Below, piece by piece: positions 9,361-16,929 of a DNA stretch of 64,000 nucleotides. Position numbers and translations under genes: made by a program. How positions within the stretch are numbered: the stretch's first letter is position 1; every line of letters starts with the position of its first letter. Below the pieces are notes generated by a model. It did not search any database and was not told where the DNA came from. It was given only the letters and a program-made list of their open reading frames with translations. Source of the DNA: Waterburya sp. (GTDB lineage Bacteria; Cyanobacteriota; Cyanobacteriia; Cyanobacteriales; Xenococcaceae); the NCBI GenBank assembly GCA_965217895.1, contig CBDCJV010000002.1, forward strand, positions 4,800,001 to 4,864,000, in the 5' to 3' direction.

Positions 9361-9561
9361 TCTACTTGCTACTTTAACTCCGAAGGAGTTGGTAAAAAAA
9401 TATGGCGTTGCTGACTACAGTTATCTGAGAAGTTTAATCAAAACAATCTTCTAATTCATTATGATTGTTATAGCTGTAATTAAATTGATAATTCTAGAAG
9501 AGCGATCGCTTTAATATTAAGCGAAATTTAAGAATTGTAAAGAAGTAACTAAAGTCCATCC

Positions 9562-11382
9562 ATGAGAATTTTACTCGTAGACGACGATGAACAGTTAATG
9601 GAGGTCTTGGCTAACAAATTAGTCGAACAGCGTTATGCTGTCGATATTGCCAGCAATGGTGAAATGGGCTGGGAGTTTCTGCTGCTGTTTGACTTCGATC
9701 TAGTGGTTCTCGACTGGATGTTGCCCGATATTGATGGAGTAGAGCTTTGCCAGCAGATTAGAGCCAAAGGCTATAAAATGCCGATTTTGCTCTTGACTGC
9801 TCGCGATCGCCATAACGATAAAGTAATGGGGTTGGATTCGGGTGCGGATGATTATGTAGTCAAACCCTTCAATTTTGACGAACTTACCGCGAGAATCCGT
9901 GCTTTGTTAAGGCGGGAAATTAGCGTATCTTCACCAGTATTAGAATGGGAAAATTTGACTTTAAATCCCAAAACTCATCAAGTACATTGTCGAGAACAAT
10001 TATTACCTCTGACACCCAAAGAATATGGCATGATCGAACTGTTTATGCGCCATCCTCAACAGGTATTTAGTCCAGGAGCAATTATCAATAACATCTGGGC
10101 GGGTGAAGATCCTCCAGGGGAGGAGGCGGTCAGAACCCATATAAAAGGCCTGCGTCACAAGCTCAAGTCTGCTGGTTTAGATAAAGATACGATCAAGACT
10201 GTGTATGGTGTTGGTTATCGTCTCAAGTCTGAAGAAGATCGACAAAGCAATCTGGTTCAAACTGCTAGCGATAAACAAAAGAGATTAGCAGCAATTACTC
10301 AAACTTGGTTAAAGTTCAAAGATGCAGCATTTGGGCGGTTAGCTGACTTAGAAAACTTTGCTAAAGCATTAGTAGAAGAGCAGGTAAACCCAGAAATACA
10401 CGCTCAAGCCAAAAGTTCTGCTCATAAGCTTGGGGGTTCGTTGGGCTGTTTTGGTTTTCCTGAAGGCTCAAAAATTGCCAAGCAGCTTGAGCAATTGTTA
10501 GATAATGCTTCTATTGAAGCTGCCGATACAAAACAATTTACAGAACTAGTTTCTGCGCTTTATACCGAATTACAACATCAGCCTTTTGAAAAGACAGTTA
10601 GAGATGCTTTGAGTAAAAATATTTCATTACTGATAATCGATCGCGACCTCGATGCTGAGTATAGCCAGAAACTATTTGCCGAAGCTCAACAAAAAGGAAT
10701 GAAAGTCTTTATAGCATCTAATCTGGAGCAAGCAGGAGCAATAACAGAACGAGAATCTATCGATGTGGTGCTGCATAAAATAACATTTCCCGATGGCGAA
10801 GATCTGACATTTCTCGAACAGCTACATCAGCATTTATCCGAGTTGCCTATTGTGGCGATCGCCGAATCGCCACAACTACTAGATCGCTTAGACATTGTTC
10901 GCAAAGGCGTTAACTTAACGTTGCAGTATCCAGTAAAGCCAAATACTGCTATTGATTGTGTTACAGAATTACTTCAAAGTTCGGGGTCTGCTGCCAAAAT
11001 CTTGATTCTCGATGACGATCCACAGGTATTACTCTCATTGAAAATATCCCTTCAGCCTTGGGGTTTTGAACTAACTACTCTTAACGATCCACAGCATTTT
11101 TGGGATGTCTTAGAAGATGTCGAACCAGATCTACTAGTACTAGATATAGAAATGCCAGAAATTAATGGTATTGAACTATGTCAAGTTATTAGAAGCGATC
11201 GCCGTTATCAGCAGTTACCAATTTTATTTTTAAGCGTACATCAAGACGAAAAAACTCAATATCAGGCTTTTGCTACTGGTGCAGATGACTATTTATGTAA
11301 ACCTGTAACTGGATCGATATTAGCTAACCGTATTCTCAATCGATTACGACGCAGTAAACCTCTGACCTCTGACCACATTTAA
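9562..11382 (+). CDS. Multidomain response regulator REC-wHTH-Hpt-REC(degenerate)-REC, RcaC-like
   Basis: LDWMLPD receiver, OmpR wHTH (IKTVYGVGYRL), Hpt AHKLGGSLG.FG, final receiver LDIEMP. Confidence 0.88.
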   Translation: MRILLVDDDEQLMEVLANKLVEQRYAVDIASNGEMGWEFLLLFDFDLVVLDWMLPDIDGVELCQQIRAKGYKMPILLLTARDRHNDKVMGLDSGADDYVVKPFNFDELTARIRALLRREISVSSPVLEWENLTLNPKTHQVHCREQLLPLTPKEYGMIELFMRHPQQVFSPGAIINNIWAGEDPPGEEAVRTHIKGLRHKLKSAGLDKDTIKTVYGVGYRLKSEEDRQSNLVQTASDKQKRLAAITQTWLKFKDAAFGRLADLENFAKALVEEQVNPEIHAQAKSSAHKLGGSLGCFGFPEGSKIAKQLEQLLDNASIEAADTKQFTELVSALYTELQHQPFEKTVRDALSKNISLLIIDRDLDAEYSQKLFAEAQQKGMKVFIASNLEQAGAITERESIDVVLHKITFPDGEDLTFLEQLHQHLSELPIVAIAESPQLLDRLDIVRKGVNLTLQYPVKPNTAIDCVTELLQSSGSAAKILILDDDPQVLLSLKISLQPWGFELTTLNDPQHFWDVLEDVEPDLLVLDIEMPEINGIELCQVIRSDRRYQQLPILFLSVHQDEKTQYQAFATGADDYLCKPVTGSILANRILNRLRRSKPLTSDHI

Positions 11383-11789
11383 ACCATGTCCTGTGGACAG
11401 TAGCCCAATCTATCTACAATCTGGTCGCGAAAAATTTCAATTTCTTCGGTTTTTGGCTTTCCATAATCAACAACTACTACCTGATAGAGATTCATAACCT
11501 CAGTAGGAGATTCTCCTTGTGCTAAACTTGCCAAAGCATTAATTACCTTGGATGAAGGTTGGATAATCATACCCATTTCATCAAGAAAAGACTGAAGATT
11601 TTTTGCCGATTGATAAGGTATTGAATTTTTTAGGTAGATTTGAATTAGCCAGCGATCGACTAAATTGATAACTGCCACTGAATCTAGATATGTTTGATAT
11701 TTATTGCGCAAACGCTGAATAACTCTAAGAGTAAAGCTAGCATTGCTAAAGGAGTAGATATATTCTTTATTTTTTTTCATAGCTCTCAA
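11379..11789 (-). CDS. Hypothetical protein (probably conserved in cyanobacteria)
   Basis: 136-aa ORF directly behind the DUF2949-like gene; NASFTLRVI...LGYCP. Confidence 0.65.
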   Translation of the reverse strand: MRAMKKNKEYIYSFSNASFTLRVIQRLRNKYQTYLDSVAVINLVDRWLIQIYLKNSIPYQSAKNLQSFLDEMGMIIQPSSKVINALASLAQGESPTEVMNLYQVVVVDYGKPKTEEIEIFRDQIVDRLGYCPQDMV

Positions 11790-11969
11790 TTAAGATACTT
11801 CTAACCAATCAAAAACTTGGTCTAGCTGTTTTGTATCGAGTAACCCATATTGCCAAAGAATAATGGGCAAAATATTGGGTTCTGCAACTTGATTTCTCTG
11901 TGCCAACGAAATTGCCTCAGCGGAAATCTTCAATTCCGATCGCAGAAAGTTTATTAGTAGCTCTAGCAT
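11790..11969 (-). CDS. DUF2949-family small protein
   Basis: LPIILWQYGLL...QLDQVFDWLE signature. Confidence 0.8.
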   Translation of the reverse strand: MLELLINFLRSELKISAEAISLAQRNQVAEPNILPIILWQYGLLDTKQLDQVFDWLEVS

Positions 11970-12205
11970 TTTGGATACTCTCGATTTATATGGCATTGGC
12001 AAGCTGTATTAGTTGAATAAATTTAGAAAAAGAATTTGAGGATCTTGTGAAGAACAATAAACGTATTGCACGAATTAGAAATATCGGTTGAGAATGAGGT
12101 TAGAGGTCAAAAGTCAGGAATTACTTCCACTTAGTTAAATAAATATAAGTTACATGGTGAAAACCGATCGCCTGAATGGATTAGGATTAAAGATTAAACT
12201 AGAAG

Positions 12206-15200
12206 TTGATGCAAACTGTGTTTTTTCGCTTCATTATCCTGGCAAAAATTTTAAGACTCAGCCAATTATTAATAGTGTGTATCGATAAGTACATTGAACC
12301 TAATCCCGTAACCGTCGCGCCAAACACTTTATTAAAAGCCGCGATCGCTTTGTTTGCTCAACCAGAAATTGACTATATTTTGGTTGAGCAAACAAAATTG
12401 GTTGGAATTTTAACCAAGGGTGATGTATTAAGAGCAATATCAACAGAAATTGAGATAAAGACTACTACTGTGGCTAAGGTAATGACTCAGCCTGTAATTG
12501 CGATCGCAACCTCGCAATGCCAGAATATTCAATCAGTTTGGTCATTACTGCAACAACATTCGATTAAACATCTACCAATTTTGAACAATGAAGGAGAATT
12601 GATTGGAGTTATCGATTATCAGAAGTTAATTCAGTCTTTTCGGCAAACAGAAAAATTGCCAGCCGATACCAGCAATATTAGTCCTCAACTATCTAACCGC
12701 GGAAGGCGGCCAACCGCAAGCCCCGCATCGGAGCGCGTTCCCTTGCGCCTGACGGCGACGCGGGGTCGCTCCTCCTTTGCAAGGCGGGGAACGCTTGACA
12801 AGCTTTCTTATGTAACTGTGGAGGTGGTTGATGAACGGCAAGCTGCACGGCGCGAGGACAAACAAGCAGAAATTCTCCAGCAAGAACGAGATTTTTCTAA
12901 AGCTGTTATTAATACTGTCGGTGCTTTAGTAGCCATATTAGATCGGCAAGGAGTAATAGTTGGTTTTAATCGTACCTGCGAGCAGGTTACTGGATACAGC
13001 TTTGCAGAAGTTAAAGGTAGACCAGTCTGGGATTTTTTGATTCCCCTTGAGGAAAAGACGACGATAAGAGCCGTATTTGAGCGATTGTTGACGGGGCAAG
13101 TTCCCAATCAATATGAAAACTGCTGGATTGCCAAAGATGGCAGTAAAAATCTTATTGCCTGGTCGAATACTGCTTTGTTTGATGCTCAGGGTAATATAGA
13201 ATTTATTGTTGCTACGGGCATTGATGTCACCGAACAGCGAAGAATTTGGAATAAGTTAGAGCTTCAATATCGACAAACCAAACTCCTCACAGAAATTACT
13301 CGCAAAATTCGGATGACCATTGAGCTAGATAAAGTCCTGCAAACTGCCGTGACTGAAGTGCAGAATCTTCTAGCTTGCGATCGCGTTTTGATTATGGAAC
13401 TAAAATCAAACAATACAGCTATACCAATTAGTGAGTCGATCCTGCCCAATCTATCTTCTATGTTGGGTTATGAGCTTGCCGATCCTTTACTGATGGGTGA
13501 ATACATAGTGAGATACCGTCAGGGAAAGGTATTGCAGATTGATAATTTGGATGATGCGCCTATTTCTTTAGATATTAAACAGCTATTAAAACAGTTTCAA
13601 ATACAGGCTAAACTAGTCGTTCCCATTCTTTCTCATGGCGAACTTAAAGGTCTTTTGATTGCCCATCAATGTCATCATCCTCGACAGTGGCAAGACAATG
13701 AAATTCTAATGCTCAATCAGCTAGCCGATCAAATTGGCGTGGCTTTAACTCAGGCTCAATTATTTAATTATTCTGAGGAGCTAGTATTAGAAAGGACTAG
13801 AGAGTTAATCTGTACCAACGAATTATTACAGGCTGAAATTAACGAACGCAAGCAAAGTGAACAAGATTTAAGAGAAAATCAGCAAAAGCTAGCTGGTATT
13901 TTGGATAATGCAGATGAGGCAATTATTTCAATTAATGAAAGACAGCAGATTCAACTATTTAATCAGGGTGCAGAGAAAATTTTTGGCTATCAGGCTGCTG
14001 AAATTATGGGGCGATCTTTAGACTTTCTTCTACCTGAAGTATTTCGCCACGTCCATAGCCAGCAGATCAAACAATTTGCTAAATCTAGCGAACAGTCCCG
14101 TAATATGACAGAGCGGAGCAGTAGTGTATATGGTCGTCGTAAAAATGGGTCAGAATTTCCCGCCGAGGCATCTGTAGCAAAACTTAAAACCAAATCAGGA
14201 ATGCTTTTTACGGTGATACTCAAAGATGTTACCGAAAGTCAACAAGCTAGAGCCAAGCTACAGTCATCGAAAGCTCTCCTTGCCAAAGCCGAACAAATTG
14301 CCAAGATTGGTAGTTGGGAATATGACCATAAAACGAACAAACGAAGCTGGTCAGAAGAATTATTTAATATTTTAGGCTTTGATAAAGACTGTCCTATACC
14401 GTCTTGTCAAGAAATTTTAGCTCGCGTTCATCCAAAGGATCTTTTACTAGTTAAAAATACCCTTCGTGCCGGACATGGACAGGGAAAATCTTGGGAAATT
14501 ACTTATCGACTACTAACCCCCGACGGTAAGGTCAAGTATTTAGAAAGTAGAGGCGAACCAACAGTAGATTCTGAGGGTAAGGTTATTAAAGTATCGGAGA
14601 CAATTATGGATGTTAGCGATCGCATCCAGGCACAAAAATCGCTGCAACGCAGTGAACAACAGTTGAGATTAATTACCGATGCTTTACCTATATTAATCGC
14701 CTACATTGATAATCAACAACGTTACCGCTACAACAATCGTACCTACGAAACCTGGTATGGAAAATCCCGTTCTACTTTACAGGGACGAGCGATCAAAGAA
14801 ATAGTCGGAGAAGACAACTATCAAAAAATGCTGCCCTACGTTGAGATGGCACTGGCAGGAAAAACAGCTACTTTCGAGAACCAACGTATTTCCGAAAAAG
14901 GCAACTCTTACTGGATGAGTGCTACCTATATTCCCGATTTTGACTCAAATGGTGAGGTAAAAGGATTTTTCTCAATGGTGGAAGATATTACCGACCGTAA
15001 GGCAGTAGAACAGATGAAAAGCGAATTTATCTCCATTGCCAGTCACGAAATGCGAACTCCCTTAACTTCGATTCATGGTGTAGTAAAATTACTCTGCGCT
15101 GGTCGCTTGGGAGAACTGTCTGAATCAGGAGCCAAAATGGCAGATATGGCTCTGAGAAATAGCGATCGCTTAAAACGCTTAGTTAACGATATTCTTGACT

Positions 15201-15688
15201 TGGAACGAATGGAGTCGGGCAGAGATAGTATTGAAAAACAAAGGTGTAATAGTGCTGAATTGATCCAGCAGGCAATAGATACCACTCGCTCGATGGCAGT
15301 CGAACAGGGAGTTAGTCTCGAAAGCGATTCTCAATCTGAGGAATTTTTAGGCGATCGCGATCGCTTAGTACAGACCTTAACTAATCTTATTGGCAATGCC
15401 ATTAAGTTCTCAACTGCCGATAGTAAAGTTTCGATCTCTTCTCGATTGGAAAATAACAACGTTCTCTTTGCTGTTAAAGATCGAGGCAGAGGCATTCCCA
15501 CAGACAAGCTAGAAACTATCTTTGAACGCTTTCAACAGGTAGACGCTTCCGATGCTCGAAAAAAAGGAGGCACGGGTTTGGGTTTGGCTATTTGTCGTCA
15601 TATTGTCGAGCAGCATCGGGGAAAAATTTGGGTAGAAAGCGTTTATGGTCAGGGCAGCACCTTTTTCTTTTCTTTACCAAAACAATAA
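12206..15688 (+). CDS. Multi-sensor histidine kinase CBS-CBS-PAS-GAF-PAS-PAS-PAS-HisKA-HATPase
   Basis: CBS pair, PAS/PAC motifs (DVTE, DITDRK), CBCR-type GAF (DRV...LIAHQC..PRQW), H-box ASHEMRTPL, NAIKF, GTGLGL; start uncertain. Confidence 0.9.
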   Translation: MMQTVFFRFIILAKILRLSQLLIVCIDKYIEPNPVTVAPNTLLKAAIALFAQPEIDYILVEQTKLVGILTKGDVLRAISTEIEIKTTTVAKVMTQPVIAIATSQCQNIQSVWSLLQQHSIKHLPILNNEGELIGVIDYQKLIQSFRQTEKLPADTSNISPQLSNRGRRPTASPASERVPLRLTATRGRSSFARRGTLDKLSYVTVEVVDERQAARREDKQAEILQQERDFSKAVINTVGALVAILDRQGVIVGFNRTCEQVTGYSFAEVKGRPVWDFLIPLEEKTTIRAVFERLLTGQVPNQYENCWIAKDGSKNLIAWSNTALFDAQGNIEFIVATGIDVTEQRRIWNKLELQYRQTKLLTEITRKIRMTIELDKVLQTAVTEVQNLLACDRVLIMELKSNNTAIPISESILPNLSSMLGYELADPLLMGEYIVRYRQGKVLQIDNLDDAPISLDIKQLLKQFQIQAKLVVPILSHGELKGLLIAHQCHHPRQWQDNEILMLNQLADQIGVALTQAQLFNYSEELVLERTRELICTNELLQAEINERKQSEQDLRENQQKLAGILDNADEAIISINERQQIQLFNQGAEKIFGYQAAEIMGRSLDFLLPEVFRHVHSQQIKQFAKSSEQSRNMTERSSSVYGRRKNGSEFPAEASVAKLKTKSGMLFTVILKDVTESQQARAKLQSSKALLAKAEQIAKIGSWEYDHKTNKRSWSEELFNILGFDKDCPIPSCQEILARVHPKDLLLVKNTLRAGHGQGKSWEITYRLLTPDGKVKYLESRGEPTVDSEGKVIKVSETIMDVSDRIQAQKSLQRSEQQLRLITDALPILIAYIDNQQRYRYNNRTYETWYGKSRSTLQGRAIKEIVGEDNYQKMLPYVEMALAGKTATFENQRISEKGNSYWMSATYIPDFDSNGEVKGFFSMVEDITDRKAVEQMKSEFISIASHEMRTPLTSIHGVVKLLCAGRLGELSESGAKMADMALRNSDRLKRLVNDILDLERMESGRDSIEKQRCNSAELIQQAIDTTRSMAVEQGVSLESDSQSEEFLGDRDRLVQTLTNLIGNAIKFSTADSKVSISSRLENNNVLFAVKDRGRGIPTDKLETIFERFQQVDASDARKKGGTGLGLAICRHIVEQHRGKIWVESVYGQGSTFFFSLPKQ
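12734..12771 (-). repeat. Mini-element 'A' copy located in frame in the kinase gene
   Basis: Reverse complement matches 15796-15833 at 37/38 nt. Confidence 0.85.
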
Positions 15689-15762
15689 AGTCGCTCAAAT
15701 CAAACTTTTGACTTGTAACCTCTAACTTGTGACCTGCGAAATAAATAACTTAATAACTTATC

Positions 15763-15939
15763 TATCAACAGTTAGAGCAGTTAGAGCAGTTAGACGAGCG
15801 ACCCCGCGTCGCCGACAGGCGCAAGGGAACGCGCGAGGAAGCAGTTGAAAACCCCAATTTACCGTTAGCTATCTTAATCTCAAACAAGGGTCAAACACCT
15901 ATTATTTCGTTAACAATAAAATTTTGTCCGAACCATTGA
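15763..15939. repeat. ~150-180-bp dispersed repeat, copy 1, carrying element A (15796-15833)
   Basis: Colinear with 47459-47610 (TATCAACAGTTA...GAAAACCCCAATTTA...ATCTTAATCTCAAACAAGGGTC...TATTTCGTTAACAAT.AAATTTTGT..GAACC). Confidence 0.85.
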
Positions 15940-16042
15940 TCTATACGAACAGGATTTAGTCTAATATAGGGTTTGGAAAAAATCTCACAAAATACACATA
16001 TTTAACAGATAGGATTTCTACGACTTCTTGAGTTTTAATGAC

Positions 16043-16417
16043 ATGAGCGCAAAACGTATTTTGTTTATTGATGATGAGGATGATATTAAAACCCTAGCTA
16101 GTTTTTGTCTAGAGTCTGAAGCGGGTTGGGAAATGATGAGTGCTTCGAGTGGAACAGAAGGTCTGAAAATTGCTGAAACAGAACAGCCAGATGCCATTCT
16201 GCTAGATGCCATGATGCCAGAAATAGATGGAATACAAACGCTAGAGAAGTTACTCCATAATCCTAAAACCAAGCACATCCCAACAATATTTATTACCGCT
16301 AAAGCTCAAGCAAGCGATCGCCGTCGTTTCTATAGTGCAGGAGCGAAAGGAGTAATCAATAAACCCTTTGATTCTCTAACTCTAGCTAGCCAGATCTCTG
16401 GATTTCTTGGCTGGTAG
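16043..16417 (+). CDS. Single-domain response regulator, RcaF-like
   Basis: KRILFIDDE, LDAMMP, ITAK, INKPFD. Confidence 0.9.
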   Translation: MSAKRILFIDDEDDIKTLASFCLESEAGWEMMSASSGTEGLKIAETEQPDAILLDAMMPEIDGIQTLEKLLHNPKTKHIPTIFITAKAQASDRRRFYSAGAKGVINKPFDSLTLASQISGFLGW

Positions 16418-16450
16418 CTAACCGATATCGCAGTACGTTGATTGGTTAGC

Positions 16451-16867
16451 GGTGCGACCCCCTAAAGGGTTCAGCAGTTTGACGGGCGACATAAACGCCT
16501 TTTCGGGCGGTCAACATTCTGGGGAAACCCCACGAGGGCGATTATTCAAGGCGAACTAAATTCGCCGAATCTCGCCCTCAGAATTACGCCCTCAGAAACC
16601 ACAGGCGACGCGCCCTCCTTATGCCAGGAAACCCTTTCGACACTTTGCTCAACGGGTCATAGACCCGCAACGCAAGTGTCTCACCACCGCAACTGCTTCA
16701 CCGCGTCGGCGGTAAGAGGGCAGACCCTGCGCCGCCGTCAGGCGCGTCTTGAAAAAGTTGTTCATGGGGGAAACCCCCAAGACCACACTTTTTCGCAAAG
16801 GAACGCTGCCCTAGCAAGGGAATGCTGACTTAGCAAGAGTAAGGACTTGTCCGCAACTACGCGCACC
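16451..16867. repeat. Nested aggregate of GC-rich hairpin mini-elements
   Basis: Outer stem GGTGCG/CGCACC; inner stems GAGGGCGA/TCGCCCTC, GACACTT/AAGTGTC, AGGGCAG/CTGCCCT, GAAAAAGT/ACTTTTTC; contains interrupted copies of element A. Confidence 0.8.
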
Positions 16868-16929
16868 AAGACAGGACAGAAAAATGAACTGCTCGTAAGT
16901 AACAAGTAACTTGATGACTGCTCACCGCC

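Noticed and set aside
13350..13760. Cyanobacteriochrome photoreceptor call for the kinase GAF
   Set aside because: The canonical bilin-binding Cys and the DxCF Cys are both absent.
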